Origin: an uncultured bacterium
GTDB taxonomy: Bacteria; Krumholzibacteriota; Krumholzibacteriia; JACNKJ01
NCBI GenBank assembly: GCA_964440095.1
Contig: CAYTPZ010000001.1
Location: 261,327-325,326, forward strand
Length of the DNA stretch: 64,000 bases
Reading direction: 5' to 3'
This document shows positions 48,538 through 58,009 of this stretch, one piece after another. Under the pieces are notes generated by a model. The model was not told the origin of the DNA, did no database searches, and worked only from the letters and a program-made list of their open reading frames with translations. The translations under genes were made by a program, and so were the position numbers. How positions within the stretch are numbered: position 1 is the stretch's first letter; every line of letters begins with the position of its first letter.

Positions 48538-49053
48538 CTAAATCTCCAGTAGCCCGGGCGGTGGATCGATTTCGATCCAGCCCTTCTCCGCATTCCAGTC
48601 GCGGACGATGGGCTCCACGAAGGGGATGCGGTACTCCCGCTCATCACCCTTCACCACCAGTAGCGGCTGAGCCGGCATAGGCTCCAGATCCACCACCTTG
48701 CCCAAGGTTCCGCCGTCTGCAAGCTTCACTTCCAGGCCGATCACCTGAAAGGGCCGAACTCCGTCGGGTCCGGGCACATCCAGATCTTCGCTCTCGAAAA
48801 CCAGAATGCAGTCTCGCAGTTCATCGGCATCTTCCCGGCTTTGGACACCCTCCAGCTTGAGGATGATGCAATGGCCGGCCTGCCTTACCGAACTGATCTT
48901 CACCTCGCCGCCTGCCTCGGTCCCTTCCAGGACCAGATTCTCGGACTCCAGGACTTCGGGCCAGAAGTCCTCCGATAGCAGCAGCTTCAATTCGCCCTTG
49001 AGCCCCACGGCCTTGATCACGCGGCCCAGCTCAAGTCTTAGAGAGCCCGTCAA
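48538..49053 (-). CDS. rimM: 16S rRNA processing protein RimM
   Basis: LGRVIKAVGLKGELKL and a PRC-barrel C-terminus. Confidence 0.85.
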   Translation of the reverse strand: MTGSLRLELGRVIKAVGLKGELKLLLSEDFWPEVLESENLVLEGTEAGGEVKISSVRQAGHCIILKLEGVQSREDADELRDCILVFESEDLDVPGPDGVRPFQVIGLEVKLADGGTLGKVVDLEPMPAQPLLVVKGDEREYRIPFVEPIVRDWNAEKGWIEIDPPPGLLEI

Positions 49054-49286
49054 TCGCGCTCCCTGATGCGCAGGAAAACTCGCTTTTCCTGACGCTGTCC
49101 CGCCGCCGAGAGCAGCGTGCGCAAAGCTTCGGCGGTCTTTCCATGGCGGCCGATCATTCTGCCCAGATCCTCAGGATCGACGAGCAGGGTGTAGGCCATT
49201 TCGCCGTTCTCTTCAGACTTCTCAATACGGACATCCTCCGGCCTGTCGGCCAGGGAATCCGCTACGAAGCGGATGAGTTTTTCCAT
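49050..49286 (-). CDS. KH-domain RNA-binding protein (UPF0109/YlqC-like)
   Basis: GRMIGRHGKTAEALRTLL KH motif. Conserved position between rpsP and rimM. Confidence 0.8.
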   Translation of the reverse strand: MEKLIRFVADSLADRPEDVRIEKSEENGEMAYTLLVDPEDLGRMIGRHGKTAEALRTLLSAAGQRQEKRVFLRIRERD

Positions 49287-49295
49287 GCCAGCCGC

Positions 49296-49838
49296 CTACT
49301 CGGTCTTCTCGGCCTCGGGGGCTTCCTCCACGGGCGCCTCCTCGGCAGGAGCTTCTTCTTCAGCAGCGGCTTCAGCTGCCTCGGCATCGGCTTTGGCTTT
49401 GGCTTCGGCGGCCTCGGCATCGGCTTTGGCCTTGGCGGCCGCTTCGTCGGCCTCGCGGGCGTCGGTCTTCTTCTTGGCCTTCTTTTCGGCGCGACCCAGA
49501 CGCTCTTCCTTGGCCTTGGGCTGATTGGCTTTCCACTCGGCCAGCTTCTCTTCCAGCTGGTCTGCGCTCACACCGCTGGACAGTAGACGATGCTTCTCCA
49601 GGATGCCGGCGCTGCGCACGAGATTCTCGGCCGTGTTGGAAAGCTCGGCTCCCTCGCCCAGCCAGTGGAGAATGCGATCTTCCTTGAAGGTCACTTCGGC
49701 CACGGCGGGGAGGGGATTGTAGGTGCCCAGATTCTCGATGTAGCGGCCATCACGGCGCTTGCGGGAATCCACCACCACCAGGCGGTAGAAGGGTCGTTTC
49801 ATGGCACCCAAACGGGTCAGACGGATCTTGGTCGACAA
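49296..49838 (-). CDS. rpsP: 30S ribosomal protein S16 with Ala/Glu/Lys-rich repetitive C-terminal extension
   Basis: MSTKIRLTRLGAMKRPFYRLVVVDSRKRRDGR core. About 90-aa tail containing AKAKADAEAAEA x2. Confidence 0.85.
   Translation of the reverse strand: MSTKIRLTRLGAMKRPFYRLVVVDSRKRRDGRYIENLGTYNPLPAVAEVTFKEDRILHWLGEGAELSNTAENLVRSAGILEKHRLLSSGVSADQLEEKLAEWKANQPKAKEERLGRAEKKAKKKTDAREADEAAAKAKADAEAAEAKAKADAEAAEAAAEEEAPAEEAPVEEAPEAEKTE
49353..49442. repeat. imperfect tandem direct repeat (about 36-bp unit GCCTCGGCATCGGCTTTGGC(T/C)TTGGC) encoding the S16 tail repeats
   Basis: Seen in the sequence at about 49378..49442 and the flanking GC-rich Ala/Glu codon runs. Confidence 0.45.
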
Positions 49839-49843
49839 AGGTC

Positions 49844-51196
49844 CTACCTCCGGATTCCCTTCCCTAAATTCCTCATAAGATCAGCGGGCACTCGCCCGGA
49901 TTTTTGGAAACGGGACAGGGTTTTCATCATTTTCTGCATTTCAGAGAACTGGCGTAGAAGGCGATTTACCTCCTGGACGCTGGTTCCGCTGCCTTTGGCG
50001 ATCCTCTTGCGGCGGCTGCCGTTGAGGATCTCGGGCTTCAAGCGCTCTTTGCGCGTCATGGACTGGATGATGGCCTGCGTGCGCCCGACTTCGCGTTCGT
50101 CGATCTCGCCCGCCCCGGCCGCCATCTTGCCCGCGCCCGGAATCATATCCATGATCTTTCCCAGCGGACCCATCTTCCGGAGCTTCTGGAGCTGTACCAG
50201 AAAATCTTCCAGAGTCAGGCCCTGCTTCCGCATGCGCTTCTCCAGCGCTGCGGCCTCGGCCAGGTCGTGCTCCTCGTGGACTTTCTCCACCAGGCTGAGC
50301 ACATCGCCCATACCGAGGATTCGACCCGCCATCCGATCGGGATGGAAGGGCTCGATATCCCTGACGGTCTCGCCCGTGCCCACGAACTTGATGGGCAGGC
50401 CCGTGACCGAACGCACCGAAAGTGCGGCGCCGCCGCGCGCGTCGCCGTCGAGCTTCGACAGCAGAACGCCCGTCAGGGGCAGGCGGCGCGAAAACTCGGT
50501 GGCCACCTTCACGGCCTCCTGGCCGGTCATGGCGTCCACCACCAAGAGGATCTCGTCGGGAGCGAGCGCGTCGTTCAAGCGCTCCAGCTCGGCCATGAGT
50601 TCGTCATCGACATGAAGACGTCCGGCCGTATCGACGATGAGCGTGTCGCGCAGCTCCTGCCGCGCTTGGGTGCGCCCCGCCTCGGCGATGCGCACCACGT
50701 CCCGCTCGTTTCGATCCACATGCACCGGCAGGTCCAACTCGCGGCCCAGCACATCCAGCTGGTCCATGGCGGCGGGACGATAGATGTCCGCACCCACAAG
50801 TTGGGGCCTCCGGCCCTTTTTGCGCAGCAGTCCGGCCAGCTTGGCCGAAAAACTGGTTTTGCCCGATCCCTGCAAGCCCACGAGCATGATCGTGGAGACG
50901 GGAGTCGTGCGATGGTCCAGCGCGACGCGGCCGCCGCCCATGAGCTCCACGAGTTCGCGGTGGACGATGCCCACCACCTGCTCGGCGGAATTCAGACCCT
51001 TGAGCGTCTCTTCGCCCACCGCTTTTTCGCGCACCGAGGCCACGAAGGCCTTTGCCACGCTGAAGTGGACATCTGCCTCAAGCAGCGCCTGGCGCAGTTC
51101 GCGAAGAGCGGCATCAACATCTTCCTCGCGGAGGACGCCCTTACCGCGGAGCTTGTGAAAGACAGAATCCAGCCTCTCGGCCAACGATTCGAACAC
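49844..51196 (-). CDS. ffh: signal recognition particle protein
   Basis: NG domain GLQGSGKT, DTAGRL and M-domain. 450 aa. Confidence 0.9.
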   Translation of the reverse strand: MFESLAERLDSVFHKLRGKGVLREEDVDAALRELRQALLEADVHFSVAKAFVASVREKAVGEETLKGLNSAEQVVGIVHRELVELMGGGRVALDHRTTPVSTIMLVGLQGSGKTSFSAKLAGLLRKKGRRPQLVGADIYRPAAMDQLDVLGRELDLPVHVDRNERDVVRIAEAGRTQARQELRDTLIVDTAGRLHVDDELMAELERLNDALAPDEILLVVDAMTGQEAVKVATEFSRRLPLTGVLLSKLDGDARGGAALSVRSVTGLPIKFVGTGETVRDIEPFHPDRMAGRILGMGDVLSLVEKVHEEHDLAEAAALEKRMRKQGLTLEDFLVQLQKLRKMGPLGKIMDMIPGAGKMAAGAGEIDEREVGRTQAIIQSMTRKERLKPEILNGSRRKRIAKGSGTSVQEVNRLLRQFSEMQKMMKTLSRFQKSGRVPADLMRNLGKGIRR

Positions 51197-51298
51197 GCTT
51201 CGCTCCGGGGATTAACGGGGATGCTGATGGGCTACCGACGCAAAGTCGGCAATGTAGCAGAACTTAGGGCACTGTGCAAGAGGCGCTTGCGAGGAAAA

Positions 51299-51988
51299 TC
51301 AAGGCTCCGTGGCCGCCTGGCGGAGCCCCGCCATGGCTGCGTCCCTGTCTTTCTGGCCAAAAACCGAGGAAGCCGCCACCAGAATATCCGCCCCAGCCTT
51401 CCGGCAGATACCCGCATTGGCGGGGCCTATACCTCCATCGATGGAAATGGCGAATTTTAAGCCCCTTGCGGCTCTCAACTCGCGCGCGGCCTCAAGCTTG
51501 TCCAAGACTTCCGGATGGAAAGATTGGCCGCAAAATCCGGGAAAAACGCTCATGATCAACAGTAAATCCAGCTTCTCCCAAACAGGCCCCCATTCCGGAA
51601 TCGGGCGATCGGGATTCAAAGCCAGACCGGCCAGCCCCCCTAATTCCCGAATTTTGGACAGCATGGCCGGGGCATCTTCCACGGCTTCGGCGTGAATGGT
51701 CAGGCCGTGGCAGCCGGCATCCAGATAGTTTTCCAGGAATTCGCCGGGATTGGCGGTCATGAGATGAGCATCCAGGGGAAGCTTGCTGACCTGGGCGATG
51801 GCCTTACACACATCGGGGCCAAAACTCAGATTGGGGACGAAATGGCCGTCCATGACGTCCAAGTGCAATAGATCGGCACCGCCGGCCTCAACCTGGGCGA
51901 TTTCATCGGACAGGCGCGCGAGATCCGCCCCCAGCACCGAAGGAGCCAGAGCCACGCGATTAGGATCCAGATGCGACCACCAACTCAA
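51299..51988 (-). CDS. rpe: ribulose-phosphate 3-epimerase
   Basis: LHLDVMDGHFVPNLSFGP motif. TTG start with a GGGGGA SD (start uncertain). Confidence 0.85.
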   Translation of the reverse strand: MSWWSHLDPNRVALAPSVLGADLARLSDEIAQVEAGGADLLHLDVMDGHFVPNLSFGPDVCKAIAQVSKLPLDAHLMTANPGEFLENYLDAGCHGLTIHAEAVEDAPAMLSKIRELGGLAGLALNPDRPIPEWGPVWEKLDLLLIMSVFPGFCGQSFHPEVLDKLEAARELRAARGLKFAISIDGGIGPANAGICRKAGADILVAASSVFGQKDRDAAMAGLRQAATEP

Positions 51989-52691
51989 GGTCGTCCCCCT
52001 TCGAAAGCCGGCTACCCGCCGGCAGACTCTGATTCAAAATTTCCCCGGCCCGTCTTCCCGCCATCTCATCGTAGCGAATGCGCGGGCGACCGAGCCCCGC
52101 CTTCTGCAGCATGGATAACACCTGCTCCAGGTTCAGTCGCGAAAAATCGGGCAGCAGATATCCGGGACCCGCCGGTCCCTGGCTGATCAGCAGGTCCACG
52201 CGCCCACCCCGAGGCACACGCGTACCCGCCGCCGGGCGAGTGGCAAGCACCCGGCCCGCAGCTTCGGCGCCGGAAACTCGGGTCCAGTGCCCGGTCCTTA
52301 GGCCCAGGTCCTCCAACTGCAGGCGCGCCTGACGCTCGCTGGAGCCTCGCAGATCGGGAATGGCCGCCAATTGGGGACCGGCCGACAGCACTATTTTCAC
52401 GCGCCGGCCTTTTTTGATGGTTTCCGGGGAGCGGGGTCGCTGGCGCAGGACGAAACCAGCGGGCAGCCAGGCATCGAATTCGGCTGGGCCCTCTTCCAGC
52501 AACAAGCTTCGCCGGGAGGCGGTCTGATAGGCTTCCTCACGGGACAGGCCCACCAGATCGGGCACTGAAAAGGCACCCTCGCTGCGTACCCAGCGGCGCA
52601 AACCAAAATCGAGTATGACGAAGCCCAGAGCCATGGCCGCGATGAGCGATAACGCGAAAAGCAATCGCCGCAGCCAGGGATTCTTGCTCAT
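51960..52691 (-). CDS. membrane-anchored PASTA-domain protein (three PASTA repeats, no kinase domain)
   Basis: N-terminal TM LLFALSLIAAMALGFVIL. PASTA-like repeats begin VPDLVGLSREEA, IPDLRGSSERQARLQLEDLGL and LPDFSRLNLEQVLSMLQKAGL. ATGA overlap with the rsmB stop. Confidence 0.7.
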   Translation of the reverse strand: MSKNPWLRRLLFALSLIAAMALGFVILDFGLRRWVRSEGAFSVPDLVGLSREEAYQTASRRSLLLEEGPAEFDAWLPAGFVLRQRPRSPETIKKGRRVKIVLSAGPQLAAIPDLRGSSERQARLQLEDLGLRTGHWTRVSGAEAAGRVLATRPAAGTRVPRGGRVDLLISQGPAGPGYLLPDFSRLNLEQVLSMLQKAGLGRPRIRYDEMAGRRAGEILNQSLPAGSRLSKGDDLELVVASGS

Positions 52692-54019
52692 GGTTCCATC
52701 CTTTGGAATCGAACGGCGTACATGCCGGATCCTTCAGCGCGGCCCGGCCAGATCATGAGATCGCCCTCAGGACCGACCAAGGCGCCGCCGGGCTCCTCCC
52801 GGCGAATTCCCTCTAGGCGGAATGCGGGGAATCGTTCCAGGAAGGCGTCGCGTTGCTCTACGGTTTCTTCGGGCGTGAGAGTGCAGACCGAGTAGATCAG
52901 CCTGCCGCCGGGCCTTACCCAGGCTGCCGCTGCATTGAGAAGATCCGTCTGCAGTTTCGCCAACTCGGCGATTTGTGACTCTTCTTTCCGCCAGCGGGCA
53001 TCCGGGTTTTCCGCCAAGACGCCCAGAGCCGTACAAGGTGCATCCAGTAGCACCATATCTGCAGACCGAGGGGGCGTATGCAGCAGGTCGGCCTCCTCCG
53101 TCTTCAGATCACTGAAGCCGAGGCGGCTGAGGTTGGCAACGACTTTCTCCATGCGCCGCGCGCTGCGATCTAAGGCGAGGATTTCCGTTCCCTGGGGAGC
53201 CAGTTCGGCCAGGTGCCCTGTCTTACCGCCGGGAGCGGCGCAGAGATCCACCCATTTGCCGGGCTTGGACCCGGCCGCAAGAGTTGCGACTCGCTGGGCG
53301 GCCTCATCTTGCACGCTGAGATCGCCGCGGTCCAGCGCGTCCCAAACCTTCAGGGGAATGGATCCAGGAATGCGGAAACCCGAGGGAAGATCTTCACTGC
53401 GCATGAGATCGGCCTCGCCTTCCAGGGCTTTCAAGAACTCATCGAAACCGGGGCGTTTCGCATTCCATCGGAAGGCGATTCCCCCGCGGCCGTTCATGGC
53501 CTCGCAAACTTCGCGGGCGCGGTCGCGGCCCAGTTCGCGCACCCAACGTTCGGCCATCCACCGTGGATAGCTGAGCACCCGCTCGATGTATTTCGCGGCC
53601 TGGGATTCGAAGTGAGGTTCCTTGCCCGGCACGCCGTCCCGCTGCCAGTTGCGAAGCTGGGCGTTGGTCCAGGCGGCCAGATGGGGTCGCTTCTTCTTAA
53701 CCCATTCTACGGACTCGCCGATGACCGCATAGGCGGGCAGGCGCTCGTTTTCCTCAAGTTGAAAGAGGGCCAGTCGAAGCGCCGTGCGCACATGATCGTC
53801 GAAGTGTTGGCGTTTGGTGAGGCGGCGAATGCGATCATCCAGACGGGCCTTCAGGCGAACGGTACCGGATACCAGATGTGTGAAAAGGCGGCGATCGCGT
53901 GGATCATCCAAGGCATGGTCGGCGATGGCTCGCTCGATGAGTTCATCCCAATCGTCGCGCAGCCAGGCGTCACGATGGAGAAAGGCCAGGGCGGCCCGGC
54001 GGGCCGGTGCGACTTTCAT
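52688..54019 (-). CDS. rsmB: 16S rRNA (cytosine967-C5)-methyltransferase
   Basis: NusB-like N-terminal domain and the DLCAAPGGKT SAM motif. Confidence 0.85.
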   Translation of the reverse strand: MKVAPARRAALAFLHRDAWLRDDWDELIERAIADHALDDPRDRRLFTHLVSGTVRLKARLDDRIRRLTKRQHFDDHVRTALRLALFQLEENERLPAYAVIGESVEWVKKKRPHLAAWTNAQLRNWQRDGVPGKEPHFESQAAKYIERVLSYPRWMAERWVRELGRDRAREVCEAMNGRGGIAFRWNAKRPGFDEFLKALEGEADLMRSEDLPSGFRIPGSIPLKVWDALDRGDLSVQDEAAQRVATLAAGSKPGKWVDLCAAPGGKTGHLAELAPQGTEILALDRSARRMEKVVANLSRLGFSDLKTEEADLLHTPPRSADMVLLDAPCTALGVLAENPDARWRKEESQIAELAKLQTDLLNAAAAWVRPGGRLIYSVCTLTPEETVEQRDAFLERFPAFRLEGIRREEPGGALVGPEGDLMIWPGRAEGSGMYAVRFQRMEP

Positions 54020-54987
54020 CCTTGTTCCAGACTCTGGCCGGGCTCAAGCGGCCGGCCACGCAGGTAGTCGCCGGCGGGCATGGGACGCTTGCCTTGAGGT
54101 TTCAAGGTGAGCAAATCCAGAGCGCCTTCCCCGCAAGCGACACGCAAGACACCCTTGGGGGCTTCAAGCACTTCACCGGGCGAACCCTCAGCAGAAGCGA
54201 GCACCGATTTGATCACGGCCAGGCGAGCGCCATCGCGAAGGCACCAGGTTCCGGGCTCAGGATTTAAGGCCCGAATGCGTCGGTGTAAATCGAGCGCTGG
54301 TTCGGCCCAATCCAATGCACCCGCTTCTTTTGGGATTTTGCGAGTGAGAGTAGCACCGGATGTCGGCTGAGGCTCGGGAGAAACGTTCCCATCACGCCAG
54401 GCGAGAAGGCTCTCAAGCAGGAAATCCGGCGCCACATCGCCCAGAGCCTCGCTAAGATCCCCGGCATTCCAATTATCTTCGATGCTCAAAGTTTTCTTCG
54501 CCAGTACCGGGCCCGTATCCAGACCCTCGTCCATGAGCATGGCGCTCCAGCCGGTCTCCGTTAGGCCCTCAAGCAGGCTTTGCTGAATGGGACTCGCCCC
54601 CCGCCCCCAGGGAAGCAGTGAGGCGTGCAGATTGACGCATCCCATTTTTGGAATGGCGAGCAGCGAGGGTTTCAGAATTCTCGCGAAGGCGATGACCACG
54701 ATGAGATCGGGCGCATCCTCCGCCAGCAAGGCCTCCACAGCCACACGATCTCCTCGCCCCCATCGTGTGAGTGGAACTTCCAAATCAAGTGCGGCCTGAC
54801 CCACGGGAGTGGGCACGGGTGTTCCCCGTCGGCTGCGCCGGGCATCGGGCAGGGTGATCACGCGTATGAGGTCGATATCGGGAGCCTGCGAAAGTGCGTT
54901 CAAGCAAGGCACGGCCAACTCTGGGCTGCCCATGAAAACCGTTCTAAGAGGATTGCTGGGGTTCATGTCCTTCTCGAAGCGATTCAC
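54016..54987 (-). CDS. fmt: methionyl-tRNA formyltransferase
   Basis: VFMGSPELAVPCL N-terminus and HASLLPWGRGASPIQ. GTGA overlap with def. Confidence 0.85.
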   Translation of the reverse strand: MNRFEKDMNPSNPLRTVFMGSPELAVPCLNALSQAPDIDLIRVITLPDARRSRRGTPVPTPVGQAALDLEVPLTRWGRGDRVAVEALLAEDAPDLIVVIAFARILKPSLLAIPKMGCVNLHASLLPWGRGASPIQQSLLEGLTETGWSAMLMDEGLDTGPVLAKKTLSIEDNWNAGDLSEALGDVAPDFLLESLLAWRDGNVSPEPQPTSGATLTRKIPKEAGALDWAEPALDLHRRIRALNPEPGTWCLRDGARLAVIKSVLASAEGSPGEVLEAPKGVLRVACGEGALDLLTLKPQGKRPMPAGDYLRGRPLEPGQSLEQG

Positions 54988-55508
54988 CGTCCCGTGTACT
55001 CTTCGCGAATGGATTCGATCTTCTTCTTGAGCAAGGTGCGTTTGGCCAAACTCATGCGCTCGATGAAGAGCACACCGTTAAGGTGATCCAACTCGTGCTG
55101 AATCACCCTAGCCAGAAAATCGCCGGTGTGGAGTTCCATGGTGTTCCCATCCACATCCTGATAGCGCACGCGGATATGCTCCGGCCGGCTTATTTCCTCG
55201 CGCAGACCGGGAACCGAGAGGCAGCCCTCCTCGATGACGCACTCCTCCTTGGAAAACTCCAAGATTTCCGGATTGGCCATGAGCAGGATTTCGTCGGTAT
55301 CGCGATCATCTTCATCCACATTCGCGATGACAATGGCGAAACGCATGTCCAGGCCCGCCTGATTGGCGGCCAGGCCCACGCCGCCTTCTTCGCGCATGAT
55401 CTCAACCATGCGCGGCAGATGCGCGGCGAGGGTTTCGCCGAACTCCGTCACCGGAGCTGTGGCCTTCTTCAAAATGGGATTGCCGATGTAAGTCAGATTC
55501 AAAGACAT
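54984..55508 (-). CDS. def: peptide deformylase
   Basis: Motifs GLAANQ, EGCLSVPG and HELDHLNG. Start at ATG 55508, 8 nt after the yajC stop. Confidence 0.85.
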   Translation of the reverse strand: MSLNLTYIGNPILKKATAPVTEFGETLAAHLPRMVEIMREEGGVGLAANQAGLDMRFAIVIANVDEDDRDTDEILLMANPEILEFSKEECVIEEGCLSVPGLREEISRPEHIRVRYQDVDGNTMELHTGDFLARVIQHELDHLNGVLFIERMSLAKRTLLKKKIESIREEYTGR

Positions 55509-55518
55509 GGGAATCCGA

Positions 55519-55812
55519 TCAGGCTTCGACCTTGCCCGAGATGTTGTCCCGGACCACTTCGATCTTGGTGTTTTCATCGATGCGGAGCACCGCGATGCCT
55601 TCCTTCAAGCCCACCACCGTTCCGAGGATACCGCCAGAGGTGACGACCTTGTCGCCCTTGGACAGATTGCTCAGCAATTCCTTGTGTTCCTTGGCCCGCT
55701 TCTGCTGAGGCCGAATGATGAAGAAGAAGAACACCACGACCATGAGGCCGAGGAAGAGGAAGTTGCCCATGAGCGGCGCGCCGCCGCCCCCTGCCGTGAG
55801 GAATAAATTCAC
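55519..55812 (-). CDS. yajC: preprotein translocase subunit YajC
   Basis: Single TM, then KGDKVVTSGGILGTVVGL. 97 aa. Confidence 0.85.
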   Translation of the reverse strand: MNLFLTAGGGGAPLMGNFLFLGLMVVVFFFFIIRPQQKRAKEHKELLSNLSKGDKVVTSGGILGTVVGLKEGIAVLRIDENTKIEVVRDNISGKVEA

Positions 55813-55823
55813 GCTTTCTCCTT

Positions 55824-56960
55824 TTAGTCAGTGGCCATCCTATAATCACGAAAGAAGGCGTCCCGGTGTTCCGGAAAGCGCCTCTCCAGGATAGCCTTGC
55901 GCAGGCCGCGCATGAGGTCCAGATAAAAGTAAAGATTGTGAAGGGTGGCAAGCTGCATGCCCAGCAACTCCTTCACATGTAGAAGGTGCCGGACATAGGC
56001 CCGGCTGTGGTTTTTACAGGTCGGACAGCCGCACTGATCATCCACGGGATCGAAATCTTCGGCGTAGCCGGCGTTCTTGATGACCAGGCGCCCTTCCCGG
56101 GTGAAAAGCGTGCCTTTGCGAGCGTTTCGCGTGGGCATGACGCAGTCGAAAATGTCCACGCCCCGCTCGACGCATCGGATGAGATCTTCCGGAAATCCCA
56201 CTCCCATGAGGTAGCGCGGTTTTTCCTTGGGCAGGAGCCCCGCCGTGAGTTCGGTAAGATCCAGCATCTCTTGCTTGGGCTCCCCCACGGCCAGGCCACC
56301 GATGGAATAGCCTGGAAAATCCATGTCCACCAATTCGGCGGCACTCTGGCGACGCAGATCTTCGTAAGTGGAGCCTTGCACGATACCGAAGAGAAACTGA
56401 CGATAGTCGTGGTGCTGGAAGATGCCGCCGCGAGTGTCCAGACATCGCCGCGCCCAGCGGCTGGTGCGCGCCGTGGAATCCTCCGCGTAGCTCTTCTCGC
56501 AGGGCCAGGGCATGCACTCATCCAAGGGCATGATGAGATCGGCGCCGATCTCGGCCTGGGCGTTCACCACATCTTCGGGGCTGAGAAAATGCTTGGAGCC
56601 GTCCAGATGTGAACGGAACTCCACTCCTTCTTCGCGAATCTTGTTGAGATCCGAAAGGGAGTAGACCTGGAAACCTCCACTGTCGGTGAGTACAGGCCGG
56701 GTCCATCCCATGAAGCGGTGAATGCCCCCCGCCTCATTGATCAACCCCGTACCCGGACGCAGGTAGAGGTGATAAGTATTGGACAGCATCACATCCGCGC
56801 CGAGTGCCGCCAATTGCTCGGCGTTGATGGTCTTCACCGTAGCCTGCGTTCCCACCGGCATGAAGTTGGGCGTGGGTATGTCGCCATGATCCGTGTGGAT
56901 CACCCCGGCGCGCGCGCCCGTCTGCGGGCAGGTGGCCAGAAGTTCGTAGAAGGGCTTCAT
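55824..56960 (-). CDS. tgt: queuine tRNA-ribosyltransferase (tRNA-guanine transglycosylase)
   Basis: TIM-barrel Tgt with the zinc site CGCPTCKNHSRAYVRHL. Confidence 0.9.
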   Translation of the reverse strand: MKPFYELLATCPQTGARAGVIHTDHGDIPTPNFMPVGTQATVKTINAEQLAALGADVMLSNTYHLYLRPGTGLINEAGGIHRFMGWTRPVLTDSGGFQVYSLSDLNKIREEGVEFRSHLDGSKHFLSPEDVVNAQAEIGADLIMPLDECMPWPCEKSYAEDSTARTSRWARRCLDTRGGIFQHHDYRQFLFGIVQGSTYEDLRRQSAAELVDMDFPGYSIGGLAVGEPKQEMLDLTELTAGLLPKEKPRYLMGVGFPEDLIRCVERGVDIFDCVMPTRNARKGTLFTREGRLVIKNAGYAEDFDPVDDQCGCPTCKNHSRAYVRHLLHVKELLGMQLATLHNLYFYLDLMRGLRKAILERRFPEHRDAFFRDYRMATD

Positions 56961-58003
56961 GCCAATCCTCCCGGCATGATCAACATGGCGTCGCCATAGG
57001 AGTAGAAGCGGTATTTCTCGCGCACAGCATGCTCATAGGCCGCCAGCATGGCCTCGCGGCCGGCTAGTGCCGAGACCAACATGAGCAGGGTGGAGCGCGG
57101 CAGATGGAAGTTCGTGAGCAGGGCGTCCACGCGTTTGAACTTGTAAGGCGGATGAACGAACAAACGCGTTTCACCCTGATGATCTTCGCCACCGGCCCAC
57201 GCCTCGTCGCTCAAGCTTTCCAAAGCACGCACCACGGTGGTGCCTACGGCAAGCACGCTGCCACCCGCTTCACGAGTTCTGTCGATCTTGCGGCGCAAGG
57301 CGGCGCTGAGTTCAATTCGTTCGGCATGCATGCGGTGCTTGCTGAAGTCATTTTCGCGCACGGGGAGGAAAGTGCCTGGACCCACATGCAGGGTGAGTTC
57401 ACCGCGATCGATGCCGAGGGATTCTAGATCCTCCAAAACCGCGTCACTGAAATGAAGTCCTGCTGTGGGTGCGGCCACGGCTCCATCCTCGCGGGCAAAA
57501 ACCGTTTGATAGCTTTTCGCATCCTCCGCGTCGGCCTTGCGCCGGATGTAGGGCGGCAGTGGCATGGCGCCGGCCCTTTCCATGGCGGCGGTCCAGTCTT
57601 CCGGCGATTCCAGTACAACGCGGCGATGGCCCTCGCCCAGATCCTCTTCCACGCGAACGGTCACTCCGCCCTCGCCGAAAAAGCGCATACCGGGTTTGAA
57701 GCGTTTGGACGGGCGCACCAGTGCGATCCAGTCACCTTCGGACGTGGGACTGTGAAGCAAAAGTTCGGCTTCGCCCTCGCCTCCTTCCCGGCGGCCCAGA
57801 AGCCGCGCGGGCATGACGCGAGTGTTGTTGAGAACCAGCAAATCGCCGGGGCGAAGATAGGAAGGTAGGTCGCGGAACTTGCAATCAGCCCGAGCGTCGC
57901 CTTCAAGAACAAGCAAGCGGCTATCATCGCGCTTGGCCATGGGGCGCTGGGCGATGAGCTCTTCGGGAAGCTCGTAATCATAGTCTTCAAGGCGAGTGCT
58001 CAC
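56957..58003 (-). CDS. queA: S-adenosylmethionine:tRNA ribosyltransferase-isomerase
   Basis: DYDYELPEELIAQRP N-terminus. 348 aa. Confidence 0.9.
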   Translation of the reverse strand: MSTRLEDYDYELPEELIAQRPMAKRDDSRLLVLEGDARADCKFRDLPSYLRPGDLLVLNNTRVMPARLLGRREGGEGEAELLLHSPTSEGDWIALVRPSKRFKPGMRFFGEGGVTVRVEEDLGEGHRRVVLESPEDWTAAMERAGAMPLPPYIRRKADAEDAKSYQTVFAREDGAVAAPTAGLHFSDAVLEDLESLGIDRGELTLHVGPGTFLPVRENDFSKHRMHAERIELSAALRRKIDRTREAGGSVLAVGTTVVRALESLSDEAWAGGEDHQGETRLFVHPPYKFKRVDALLTNFHLPRSTLLMLVSALAGREAMLAAYEHAVREKYRFYSYGDAMLIMPGGLA

Positions 58004-58009
58004 GGCAGG

